Below are positions 35,023-43,430 of a stretch of DNA of 49,367 bases, piece after piece. The position numbers and the translations under genes were made by a program. The notes beneath the pieces were generated by a model. The model ran no database searches. It worked only from the letters and a program-made list of their open reading frames with translations, and was not told where the DNA came from. Each line of letters starts with the position of its first letter. The first letter of the stretch is position 1. This stretch comes from an uncultured Bacteroidota bacterium. Lineage in GTDB: Bacteria > Bacteroidota > Bacteroidia > Chitinophagales > Chitinophagaceae. The stretch is taken from assembly GCA_903912405.1 (NCBI GenBank), contig CAIWHF010000123.1:1-49367 (forward strand), read 5' to 3'.

Positions 35023-37047
35023 ATGAAAAAAAATGTATGTCTATTTATTACGCTACTTACTATTGTAGGATCGGCTTGCACTACTTCAAAACAACGAGAT
35101 ATTCTTGCTGAAAATATTGATACTACGATCAACCCAGCAGACGATTTTTTTGCTTATGCCAATGGCTTTTGGCTGAAACATAATCCCATTCCAGGTGATG
35201 AAACCAGTTGGGGTATTGGACAATTAGTGAATGAAGAAATTTATACTAGAAAACTAAAAATCAACAAAGCGGCAGCTGCCAAAAATGGCGCTAAAGGCAT
35301 TGATCAGCAAATTGGTGATTTTTGGAAAGCAGCCATGGATACCGTAGCTATCGAAAAGCAAAGAGCGGCTCCTTTAAAAGAAGAATTAGCGGCAATTCAA
35401 AATGCAAAAGATCTTCCAACCTTATTATTACAAGCTGCAAAAATGCATACCTATGGTGTAGGGGTGTTTTTTGGTGAAGGCGTAAGTCAAGATGCTAAAA
35501 ATAGTGAACTGATGTCGTATCAACTTTGGCAAGGTGGTTTAGGTTTGCCAAGTAGAGATTATTTCTTCAATACCGATGAAAAATCGCTCAAAATTAAAGC
35601 TGCTTATGTGCCATACATCCAAAGTATATTTAAATTAATGGGCTATGAAGAAAGTAAGGCGTTCAAGATGGCAAACGCAATTTTCACTTTTGAAGAAGCA
35701 TTAGCTAAGAATAGTAGAAAGTTAGAAGCCTTAAGAGATCCGTATGCCAACTATAACAAAATAAGTATTGAGGAATTAAGTAAAAAAACCGATGCCTTAA
35801 ATTGGAAGCAACTTATTACTACAATTGGTTTGAAAAATGTAGATACCATTATTGTAGGACAGCCTGAGTTTTTAAACGCACTCAATAGCTTATTAAAATC
35901 TACCGAGTTGCAAACCTTGAAAGACTATATGAGCTTTCATCTAGTTAATGATTATGCAAGTTATTTAAGTACCGCTTTCGTAAATGCGAAATTTGATTTC
36001 TATGGTAAAACTATTCGTGGCGCAAAAGCACAACGTCCAAGATGGAAGCGTGTTTTAGATGCAGAAGAAGGAGCAATGGGGGAAGCATTAGGTCAGTTGT
36101 TTGCGAAAGAATATTTCAACGAAACAGCTAAGAAACGTTACGAAGATATGGTTGAGAATGTACGCGATGCCTATAAAGCGAGAATTGAAAAATTAACTTG
36201 GATGACAGATAGTACTAAACAAAAAGCGCTCTCTAAATTATCGGCTATAACCAAGAAAGTGGGCTATCCAGAAAAATGGAAAGATTTTTCATCATTAAAA
36301 ATCGATGCTTCTTCTTTTGCATTAAATATGATGCGCTCTAATGCTTGGTGGAATGCCTATTCGTTGAGCAAATATGGTAAGCCAGTAGATAGAACAGAAT
36401 GGGATATGACTCCGCAAACATACAATGCATATTACAATCCATCTAACAACGAAATTGTATTGCCAGCTGGTATATTCACTGTGCCTGGTTTTAGAGATGA
36501 AGAATTAGATGATGCATTGGTATATGGTTATGCAGCAGCCTCTACTATTGGTCATGAAATAACGCATGGCTTTGATGATGAAGGCCGACAATTTGATGCA
36601 AAAGGTAATTTGAAAAATTGGTGGAGCACTGCCGATGAAGAACAATTTACAAAGCGTGCTCAAAATTTAGTTAATCAGTTTAGTAATATGATTGCTGTAG
36701 ATACCATGCATATTAATGGTAAACAAACCTTAGGTGAAAACTTAGCTGACCTAGGTGGATTACTAATTGGTTTAGACGCTTTCAAATTAACAGCTGCTTA
36801 CAAAGCAGGAAAAACAATTAGTGGTTATACACCTTTACAACGCTTCTTCTTAGGCTATGCTTTGGGTTGGATGTATAGTTATAGAGACGAGAGTATTGCT
36901 TCTCAAATTGTAACCGATGTACATGCCCCTGCAAAGCAACGTGTAAATGGTCCTATGCCAAATATTCCAGAGTTTTATGAAGCATTTAAAGTAACGCCCA
37001 AAAATAAATTATACCTAGCGGATTCTTTACGCGTTCAATTATGGTAA
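35023..37047 (+). CDS. M13-family zinc metallopeptidase (PepO / endothelin-converting-enzyme-like) lipoprotein
   Basis: 674 aa. Lipoprotein signal LLTIVGSAC. NPADDFFAYANGFW; zinc motif IGHEITHGFDDEG; GENLADLGG; C-terminal PKNKLYLADSLRVQLW. Lies 20 nt after prfC. Confidence 0.9.
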   Translation: MKKNVCLFITLLTIVGSACTTSKQRDILAENIDTTINPADDFFAYANGFWLKHNPIPGDETSWGIGQLVNEEIYTRKLKINKAAAAKNGAKGIDQQIGDFWKAAMDTVAIEKQRAAPLKEELAAIQNAKDLPTLLLQAAKMHTYGVGVFFGEGVSQDAKNSELMSYQLWQGGLGLPSRDYFFNTDEKSLKIKAAYVPYIQSIFKLMGYEESKAFKMANAIFTFEEALAKNSRKLEALRDPYANYNKISIEELSKKTDALNWKQLITTIGLKNVDTIIVGQPEFLNALNSLLKSTELQTLKDYMSFHLVNDYASYLSTAFVNAKFDFYGKTIRGAKAQRPRWKRVLDAEEGAMGEALGQLFAKEYFNETAKKRYEDMVENVRDAYKARIEKLTWMTDSTKQKALSKLSAITKKVGYPEKWKDFSSLKIDASSFALNMMRSNAWWNAYSLSKYGKPVDRTEWDMTPQTYNAYYNPSNNEIVLPAGIFTVPGFRDEELDDALVYGYAAASTIGHEITHGFDDEGRQFDAKGNLKNWWSTADEEQFTKRAQNLVNQFSNMIAVDTMHINGKQTLGENLADLGGLLIGLDAFKLTAAYKAGKTISGYTPLQRFFLGYALGWMYSYRDESIASQIVTDVHAPAKQRVNGPMPNIPEFYEAFKVTPKNKLYLADSLRVQLW

Positions 37048-37063
37048 TATCACTAACAAGATT

Positions 37064-37099
37064 AAAAAAAGCGCCATTGATTTCAATGGCGCTTTTTTT
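37064..37099. terminator. Bidirectional rho-independent terminator between the M13 peptidase gene and ispH
   Basis: AAAAAAA-GCGCCATTG-ATTT-CAATGGCGC-TTTTTTT is a 9-bp GC-rich stem with symmetric A7/T7 flanks, between convergent stops at 37047 (+) and 37103 (-). Confidence 0.7.
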
Positions 37100-37102
37100 A
37101 TT

Positions 37103-38320
37103 TTAAATCCAACTTGCTTTTAATGCTTCAAATGCCACTTCTTCTTGGTGTAATAAGCAAATACGCGCTATGACTCTTTCTACTACCGCATCTGGACAAG
37201 AAGCTCCGGCGCTTATTAAGATGCGTTTTGAGGTGGTGTCAAATTTGCTCTGTAATTGTTCTTTGGTATGAAAATTATAATGTGCTATTTGTAAATGGTC
37301 TAATAAACAAAGCTCATCTTTTATATAGTAGGTTGGTATTTTTGTTTCGCATAATTCTACCAAATGTGACGTATTAGAGCTATTGTAGCCACCAATAATA
37401 ATCGCCATATCTGCTGGGGTTTCTAGCATTGCTTGCACGGCACTTTGATTATCGTTGGTTGCATAACATAACGTGTCTCTAGTATCTGCAAAATGATTTG
37501 CAATAGTAGACTCGTTAAGTTGATAATGGGCTATCATTATTTGTTTTAAATATTCGGCGATAGCTTGAGTGTCGCTAGCCAACATCGTTGTTTGATTGAC
37601 AACACCAATACGTTGTAAGTCCTTGTGTGGATCAAAGCCTTCATTATACTGACCTTTAAAGGTTTCAAAAAACAAACTCAGGTCTTTTTCTCCATTTATA
37701 AAAGCACTAAGTGTAATGGCTTCGCTCATATCATTAATAACCAGCGTTGGTGCATGCTCCTTGCTATGCGAGAAAGTAGCTCTTGTTTCTTCGTGTTGGG
37801 GTTTGCCATGTACGATAATGGTATAGCCATCTTGACCGATTTTCTCTGCTCTATTCCATACCTTTTCTACAAACGGACAAGTGGTTTCGTATCGTGTAGG
37901 CTCTATGCCTTTTTCTTTAAGTAATTGTTCAATCTCAACTGTAGTGCCAAAAGCAGGAATGATTACGATATCAGCTGCTTGAATTTGATCCCAGGGTATT
38001 AATTGTTTACCTTTTGTATCCATGATAAATTGAACGCCCGATTGCAATAAGTCAGCATTTACCCCAGGATTGTGAATCATTTCACTCAATAAATAAATAC
38101 GCTTCGTTGGATTTTCATCAACTGCTTTAAAAGCAATTTCAATTGCATTTTCTACTCCATAACAAAAACCAAAATGACGCGCCAAAGAAATGCTCAACGA
38201 ACCGATCGCTAAAGAGGTGGGACTTACATCTTTTTTTAGCTTGTCGGCTTGTTTACGTTTATTTTTAATAGCACTCATTAATGCACTTCTAAATTGTAAT
38301 GGAACATCAAATGATTTCAT
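37103..38320 (-). CDS. ispH: 4-hydroxy-3-methylbut-2-enyl diphosphate reductase, long (cyanobacterial/plant-like) form
   Basis: 405 aa. Three cluster cysteines in the expected contexts (ARHFGFCYGVENA, ETTCPFVEKVW, SAGASCPDAV); EMIHNPGVN; GKPQHEET; VVNQTT. Confidence 0.9.
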   Translation of the reverse strand: MKSFDVPLQFRSALMSAIKNKRKQADKLKKDVSPTSLAIGSLSISLARHFGFCYGVENAIEIAFKAVDENPTKRIYLLSEMIHNPGVNADLLQSGVQFIMDTKGKQLIPWDQIQAADIVIIPAFGTTVEIEQLLKEKGIEPTRYETTCPFVEKVWNRAEKIGQDGYTIIVHGKPQHEETRATFSHSKEHAPTLVINDMSEAITLSAFINGEKDLSLFFETFKGQYNEGFDPHKDLQRIGVVNQTTMLASDTQAIAEYLKQIMIAHYQLNESTIANHFADTRDTLCYATNDNQSAVQAMLETPADMAIIIGGYNSSNTSHLVELCETKIPTYYIKDELCLLDHLQIAHYNFHTKEQLQSKFDTTSKRILISAGASCPDAVVERVIARICLLHQEEVAFEALKASWI

Positions 38321-38331
38321 AGTTAATTAGT

Positions 38332-39888
38332 TTAACCTTTATACTCTCCCCAAACAGCTCTTAACGCATCAGAAATTTCTCCTAAGGTGCATAGGTTTTC
38401 TACTGCCTCAATAACAATGGGCATTAAATTAGTTGTTGATGTAGCCGCCGCTTTTATACTTTCAATGCTGGCAGCAGCTTTAGTAGCATCTCGTTTAGCA
38501 CGTAGTAAACGTAATTTTTCGCTTTGTTGTTCTCTAATGCTATCATCAATTTTTAAAAGTGGTGTATCATTTATTTCCTTATTGGTAAATTTATTGACAC
38601 CCACAATTATCTTACTACCATCTTCAATAGCTTTATTGTAAGCATAAGCCGATTTCGCAATTTCTTCTTGAATATAACCTTGCTCTATCGCTTTTACTGC
38701 ACCACCCATAGCATCTATTTTTGCTATTAATTCATTTGCAGCCGCTTCCATTTCATTGGTCAACTGCTCTACAAAATAAGATCCTGCAAGTGGATCTACC
38801 GTTTGGGTAATGCCACTTTCATGCGCTACAATTTGTTGTGTTTTTAAAGCAATGCCTGCCGCTTGTTCCGTAGGTAAAGAAAGAGCTTCGTCAAAACCAT
38901 TGGTATGTAAAGATTGAGTGCCTCCCAATACGGCTGCCATCGTTTGAATAGCTACGCGTACAATATTATTTTGTGGTTGTTGAGCAGTAAGTGTGCTGCC
39001 GCCTGTTTGAGTATGAAAACGAAGCATTTGTGCTTTTGGATCGGTAGCACCTAGTTCTTTACTGATATTTGCCCACATTCTTCTTGCTGCTCTAAATTTT
39101 GCAACTTCTTCAAATAGGTTATTATGCGCATTAAAGAAGAAAGATAGGCGTTGCGCAAATACATTAATATCTAAACCTTTTTCTATAGCTGCTTTTAAAT
39201 AAGCCTTTCCATTAGATAGGGTAAAGGCCAATTCTTGTACAGCATTTGCCCCTGCTTCGCGGATATGATAGCCAGAGATGGAAATCGTATTCCACTTAGG
39301 CACTTCTTTGCTGCAATATTCAAAAATATCAGTAATAATACGCATAGATGGCGTAGGAGGGTAGATATAAGTGCCTCTTGCTGCATATTCTTTTAAAATA
39401 TCATTTTGTATGGTGCCTGATAATTTTTTTACATCAGCACCTTGTCGTTTTGCTAAGCCAATATAAAACGCTAACAAAATAAAACCAGTAGCGTTAATAG
39501 TCATGGATGTAGAAATATCTTGCAAGTTGATGCCCTTGAAAAGAATTTCCATATCCTCAATAGAATCAATAGCTACACCCACTTTACCTACTTCACCTTC
39601 CGACATGGGATGGTCGGAATCGTATCCAATTTGAGTGGGTAAATCAAAGGCTACGGAAAGCCCCATGACACCTTGATTTAATAAAAAATGATAGCGTTCA
39701 TTTGATGCTTCTGCCGTACTAAAGCCTGCATATTGTCGCATGGTCCACAAACGCTCTCTATACATTTCTTCGTGCACGCCTCTAGTGAAAGGGAAGCTTC
39801 CTGGATGTTCTATCATAGCCACGGGCGCTGTATAGCATGCTTTAATTTCTATATCAGCATCGGTGGTAAATTTCTTTTTAGTACTCAT
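38332..39888 (-). CDS. Methylmalonyl-CoA mutase family large subunit (substrate-binding TIM-barrel part only, no B12-binding domain)
   Basis: 518 aa. [109 protein letters not shown] and [14 protein letters not shown] are acyl-CoA mutase alpha-chain motifs. The protein ends where the linker and B12 domain of fused mutases would begin. Confidence 0.88.
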   Translation of the reverse strand: MSTKKKFTTDADIEIKACYTAPVAMIEHPGSFPFTRGVHEEMYRERLWTMRQYAGFSTAEASNERYHFLLNQGVMGLSVAFDLPTQIGYDSDHPMSEGEVGKVGVAIDSIEDMEILFKGINLQDISTSMTINATGFILLAFYIGLAKRQGADVKKLSGTIQNDILKEYAARGTYIYPPTPSMRIITDIFEYCSKEVPKWNTISISGYHIREAGANAVQELAFTLSNGKAYLKAAIEKGLDINVFAQRLSFFFNAHNNLFEEVAKFRAARRMWANISKELGATDPKAQMLRFHTQTGGSTLTAQQPQNNIVRVAIQTMAAVLGGTQSLHTNGFDEALSLPTEQAAGIALKTQQIVAHESGITQTVDPLAGSYFVEQLTNEMEAAANELIAKIDAMGGAVKAIEQGYIQEEIAKSAYAYNKAIEDGSKIIVGVNKFTNKEINDTPLLKIDDSIREQQSEKLRLLRAKRDATKAAASIESIKAAATSTTNLMPIVIEAVENLCTLGEISDALRAVWGEYKG

Positions 39889-39908
39889 AATTTGCTATTC
39901 TTCGGGCT

Positions 39909-40445
39909 TTAAATTCCTTGTGTCAATAAACTCTTTGCTTCTGCTTGTATAGCTTGCATAGCTGTTTCTGAAGGCGTTTCTGATTCGGTAGTAATTAGAT
40001 AATTCACAATTTGTTGATGCAAGATGCTTGCTGGTTCGCTTGGGTTTATTGTGCTGGAAATATGTTTGATCATATTAATTTCTTGCTCTTTAAAAATACG
40101 AATCAATTGCCAAGTGCTTGCCGTAACATAAATTTGTTGTGATAAATTATGTTCAAATTCTGCATTGATCGTAATGACCAAGGCCTGTTGCAATTCTTGA
40201 ACGGTCATGCCACTGGTATACACTCTCGGAATTAATTGGCGAGGGTGTGTGCGCTCTATCAACATAGCTAAGCGTTCGTATGCCTGTAGTCGCATACGGA
40301 AAGCCGTATCATGATTAGACTGGAGGAGTGCTATGCGTTTTGCTGCCGTTTCTTTATCGTTGAATTTACTAACGATAAGATATACGATGAGCAACGAAAT
40401 AAGCGTTGGAATAGTAAAATATAAAAGGTCAATGGCTGTATGCAT
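39909..40445 (-). CDS. Hypothetical protein with one N-terminal TM helix
   Basis: 178 aa. MHTAIDLLYFTIPTLISLLIVYLIV, then a helical soluble part. Lies 20 nt upstream of the mutase gene on the same strand. No family recognised. Confidence 0.5.
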   Translation of the reverse strand: MHTAIDLLYFTIPTLISLLIVYLIVSKFNDKETAAKRIALLQSNHDTAFRMRLQAYERLAMLIERTHPRQLIPRVYTSGMTVQELQQALVITINAEFEHNLSQQIYVTASTWQLIRIFKEQEINMIKHISSTINPSEPASILHQQIVNYLITTESETPSETAMQAIQAEAKSLLTQGI

Positions 40446-40515
40446 AAATGGTTCATTTAATAATTCAGCAAAATAACCTATTTTTTGTGTAATAATTTAA
40501 TCTTATACCGAATAT

Positions 40516-40569
40516 GTTGAGGCCAAGCTTAAAGTTGAGGCCAAGATTAAAGCTGAGGTTAAGGTACAT
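40516..40569. repeat. Three tandem 18-bp direct repeats in an intergenic region
   Basis: GTTGAGGCCAAGCTTAAA (40516-40533), GTTGAGGCCAAGATTAAA (40534-40551), GCTGAGGTTAAGGTACAT (40552-40569). Copies 1 and 2 differ at one base; copy 3 is degenerate. Confidence 0.6.
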
Positions 40570-40601
40570 TTGTTCTTGTTTAATTAACCTCCTTAACCTC
40601 A
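40554..40601 (-). terminator. 11-bp perfect inverted repeat downstream of the DUF853 gene (possible terminator or protein-binding site)
   Basis: TGAGGTTAAGG (40554-40564) and CCTTAACCTCA (40591-40601) are exact reverse complements separated by 26 nt. On the minus strand the stem starts 15 nt after the stop at 40616 and is followed by GCTTTAATCTT, a weak U-tract. The long loop makes the terminator call uncertain. Confidence 0.35.
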
Positions 40602-40615
40602 TCTCATGCTCAATC

Positions 40616-42130
40616 TTATTTCTTCAATAGCTTCATTATTATGCCAAAAGCACCTCTAATAAAACTAGCACTCGTTACCGCTTTTATTACCGATTTACTC
40701 ATCCCACTGTCTGCTTTAGCGGTAGTTTTTTTATCTTCATCGCTATTTTTTGTTTGTACAGTCGTAGCTTCTTCTGCTTCACTTATTCGCTTTGCAAGAA
40801 GTTCAAAAGCACTTTCTCTATCTATGCTTTCTGCATATTTTTTTACCAATTTAGAGGATGCATTAATCGAAACAATCTCTTCCGGACTCAAAATGTCCAT
40901 TCTGCTTTCTGGAGCTCTAAGCATTGTTGCGGCTAATGGGGTAGGTGTGCCCTTTTCACTTAAGGCAGTAACAAATGCTTCGCCTATCCCAAGGCTAGTC
41001 AACACTTCATCTGTTTTATAGAAGTCAGAACTCGGATAGTTGTCTGCAGTTTGTTTTATCGCTTGTCGGTCATTGGCTGTAAAGGCTCTTAAGGCATGCT
41101 GCACTTTTAAGCCTAATTGTGCTAAGATACCAGCAGGTACATCCATTGGATTTTGGGTGATAAAGTAAATGCCAATGCCTTTCGATCGGATCAATTTTAC
41201 GATGGTCTCTATTTGTTCTAAAAGCGCTTTACTAGCTTCTTTAAAAATTAAATGTGCTTCATCAATGAAAATTATAAGCTCTGGTTGCTCTGCATCTCCT
41301 TTTTCTGGCATGCTATAATAAATTTCAGCTAATAAGCTGAGCATAAATGTGGAGAATAGTTTGGGCTTATCTTGAATATCTGTAAGTCGTAAAATGTTGA
41401 TATAACCTTTACCTTGCTCATCAATGCGCATTAAGTCATGAACATCAAAAGAGGTTTCTCCAAAAAATACATCGCCCCCTTGTTGTTCTAGTTCAATAAT
41501 TTTCCTCAAAATGGTGCCCGTTGTGGCGGTAGAAATTTTACCATAGGTAGCCTCAATTTCAGCTTTGCCTTCTGCGGTTATATAATGGATCATTTTTTTG
41601 ATGTCTTTCAAATCTAATAAAGGCATTTTCTGATCATCGCAAAATTTAAAAATGATAGAAACAACTCCTGATTGGGTGTCATTTAAATCTAGTATTCTTG
41701 AAAACAATACAGGTCCAAATTCAGATATTGTAGCTCGCAAACGCACGCCTTCTTGCTCCGACAGGGTCAGCAACTCAACAGGGTAGGCTTTGGGCTCAAA
41801 TGGGATATTGATTTTTGTATGTCGCTCTGTGATAAACGATTTTTCTTCACCCTTCATAGCGATACCGGAAAAGTCGCCTTTTATATCCATCATTAATACG
41901 GGTATGCCAAAACCAGACAACTGCTCCGATAATACTTGAATGGTTTTTGTTTTCCCTGTTCCGGTTGCACCTGCAATAAGACCGTGTCTATTCAATGTTT
42001 TTAAAGGTACAGCAACTGCTGCATCACTAATGGCTTTACCGTTGAGCATGGCTACGCCTAAAACTAAACTTTTACCTTTGCTGGTATAACCTTCTTTAAT
42101 AGTACTAATAAATTGTTCTTGTTGGCTCAT
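40616..42130 (-). CDS. HerA-like helicase-domain ATPase (DUF853 / YjgR family)
   Basis: 504 aa. Walker A GLIAGATGTGKTKTIQ; Walker B LIIFIDEAHLIF; GIGIYFITQNP. Lys-rich C-terminal tail. Typical of the DUF853 NTPase family. Confidence 0.8.
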   Translation of the reverse strand: MSQQEQFISTIKEGYTSKGKSLVLGVAMLNGKAISDAAVAVPLKTLNRHGLIAGATGTGKTKTIQVLSEQLSGFGIPVLMMDIKGDFSGIAMKGEEKSFITERHTKINIPFEPKAYPVELLTLSEQEGVRLRATISEFGPVLFSRILDLNDTQSGVVSIIFKFCDDQKMPLLDLKDIKKMIHYITAEGKAEIEATYGKISTATTGTILRKIIELEQQGGDVFFGETSFDVHDLMRIDEQGKGYINILRLTDIQDKPKLFSTFMLSLLAEIYYSMPEKGDAEQPELIIFIDEAHLIFKEASKALLEQIETIVKLIRSKGIGIYFITQNPMDVPAGILAQLGLKVQHALRAFTANDRQAIKQTADNYPSSDFYKTDEVLTSLGIGEAFVTALSEKGTPTPLAATMLRAPESRMDILSPEEIVSINASSKLVKKYAESIDRESAFELLAKRISEAEEATTVQTKNSDEDKKTTAKADSGMSKSVIKAVTSASFIRGAFGIIMKLLKK

Positions 42131-42350
42131 AAGGATTATTTTTTAATGATTAATAACGACAGATATTTAATAAAAGACTTGGTGGCTAAATGCTGTATTG
42201 ATGGCAACGTTTTTAAAACTTATCAACGGAATTGTTCAATTATTTCATAATAACGAGTTCTAATTTTGTAAAACTACTATTTTTTGTAAATACATTCCTA
42301 GCAATTGTATTAATTAGTCTGAAGTAATTTTGATTTGTATTTATTTTAAC

Positions 42351-42379
42351 AATATCATAAAACACAGCTTTATGATATT
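42351..42379. promoter_or_regulatory. 11-bp perfect AT-rich palindrome upstream of the his operon (candidate operator)
   Basis: AATATCATAAA-ACACAGC-TTTATGATATT ends 14 nt upstream of the TACATTTG box, so it covers the expected -33 region of that candidate promoter. Confidence 0.3.
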
Positions 42380-42392
42380 ATTAAAATAGCCG

Positions 42393-42400
42393 TACATTTG
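42393..42400 (+). promoter_or_regulatory. Candidate TAnnTTTG -7 box for the his operon
   Basis: TACATTTG lies about 150 nt upstream of the hisG ATG (42553). Another match (TAATTTTG, 42261-42268) exists further upstream, so the assignment is tentative. Confidence 0.3.
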
Positions 42401-42440
42401 CTATCATTTTGTGAAAAGGCTATAGGCTTGTGTATAGATG

Positions 42441-42474
42441 TTGAATTGCAAGTGGTTTTCCAGTTACAATTCAA
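42441..42474 (+). promoter_or_regulatory. Imperfect hairpin in the putative hisG 5' leader
   Basis: TTGAATTGCAAGTGG-TTTT-CCAGTTACAATTCAA pairs at 13 of 15 positions. There is no following U-run, so it is not a classic terminator. Confidence 0.3.
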
Positions 42475-42552
42475 GTTAGGCAAAAAAGTAAATTTCCTGA
42501 TTTCATAAGTTATACCCTTGGGTGTTATTAATTATTTTAAGATTTTAAGTTC

Positions 42553-43410
42553 ATGACAACATTAAAAATTGCTATTCAAAAATCAGGTCGACTCAGCGAA
42601 AAATCAATTCAACTTCTTAAAGAGTGTGGAATAAAAATTGCAAATAGCGATCGTAAATTAAAAGCGGCAGCCGCTAATTTTCCTGTAGAAATTTTATTCC
42701 TGCGAGATGATGATATACCTCAATATGTAGAGCAAGGTGTAGCCGATATCGGTATACTCGGTGAAAATGAAGTTTGGGAAAAAGATAAAAAAGTAGCTGT
42801 GATCCAACACTTAGGTTTTGCCCAGTGCAAGCTTTCTTTAGCTATACCTAAAGATGAGCAATATGAAGGTTTGCATTACTTTGTAAATAAAAAAATTGCT
42901 ACTAGTTATCCTAAGATTTTACAGCGTTTTTTTAAAGAAAAAAACATTGCCGTTACCGTAGAAGAAATAGGAGGGAGTGTTGAAATTGCAACGGGCATTG
43001 GTTTAGCAGATGCCATTTTTGATATTGTAAGTACCGGAAGCACCTTGCTTATGAATGGTCTTAAAGAAGTAGAAGTAATTTTTAAAAGTGAGGCCGTGCT
43101 TATTGCTAATCAAAATTTAATGGCTGATAAACAGGTTATTTTAGATCAGTTGCTTTTTAGAATTCAATCGGTAAAACAAGCAGCTGAGCATAAGTACATC
43201 CTACTTAATGCGCCCAATGATGCTATTCAGAAAATAACCGCTGTATTGCCTGGAATGAAATCGCCCACTATATTGCCTTTAGTAGAAGAGGGTTGGAGTA
43301 GCCTACATTCGGTTATAAAAGAAGATCAGTTTTGGGAAATCATTGGTCAAATAAAACAATTAGGGGCACAAGGAATTTTAGTTGTACCCATCGAAAAAAT
43401 GATACTTTAA
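42553..43410 (+). CDS. hisG: ATP phosphoribosyltransferase (long form)
   Basis: 285 aa. LKIAIQKSGRLSEKS, DIPQYVEQGVADIGILGEN, ATSYPKIL..FF, DIVSTGSTL, plus a C-terminal regulatory domain. Confidence 0.93.
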   Translation: MTTLKIAIQKSGRLSEKSIQLLKECGIKIANSDRKLKAAAANFPVEILFLRDDDIPQYVEQGVADIGILGENEVWEKDKKVAVIQHLGFAQCKLSLAIPKDEQYEGLHYFVNKKIATSYPKILQRFFKEKNIAVTVEEIGGSVEIATGIGLADAIFDIVSTGSTLLMNGLKEVEVIFKSEAVLIANQNLMADKQVILDQLLFRIQSVKQAAEHKYILLNAPNDAIQKITAVLPGMKSPTILPLVEEGWSSLHSVIKEDQFWEIIGQIKQLGAQGILVVPIEKMIL

Positions 43411-43430
43411 ATTGTAAAACGTTACTATTC

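Noticed and set aside
40514-40630. A 38-codon ORF (MLRPSLKLRPRLKLRLRYICSCLINLLNLISCSILFLQ) spanning the 18-mer repeats.
   Set aside because: Its periodic sequence is just the translation of the DNA repeat. It runs antisense into the end of the DUF853 gene and nothing supports it as a gene.
40641-41021. A 126-aa plus-strand ORF antisense to the 3' part of the DUF853 ATPase gene.
   Set aside because: The Ser/Leu/Ala-rich translation mirrors the Lys/Glu/Ala-rich tail of the real gene on the other strand. There is no independent signal such as a promoter box, motifs or a plausible fold.
40616-42130. The HerA-like ATPase as the core of a defence system (for example Sir2-HerA or DUF4297-HerA).
   Set aside because: The protein looks like the stand-alone DUF853/YjgR housekeeping family. 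No effector partner (Sir2, nuclease, NurA, DUF4297) is adjacent. The neighbours are a small TM protein and metabolic genes.
42438-42479. A 13-aa mini-ORF (MLNCKWFSSYNSS) over the hisG leader hairpin, considered as a his attenuation leader peptide.
   Set aside because: It contains no histidine codons at all, and the hairpin has no following U-run. The classic His-codon attenuator model does not fit.
43332-43430. 5' extensions of track ORFs beyond my chosen starts. This one is hisD; the others are 2262-2354, 6051-6065, 10762-10827, 14603-14644, 14753-14782, 18325-18423, 18331-18357, 28317-28376 and 33238-33279.
   Set aside because: The extensions overlap upstream genes, terminators or promoter boxes. 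Several begin at TTG codons that sit inside TAnnTTTG motifs. They translate to non-conserved-looking sequence, and internal ATGs give N-termini typical of the families. The 6051 vs 6066 choice remains genuinely ambiguous.
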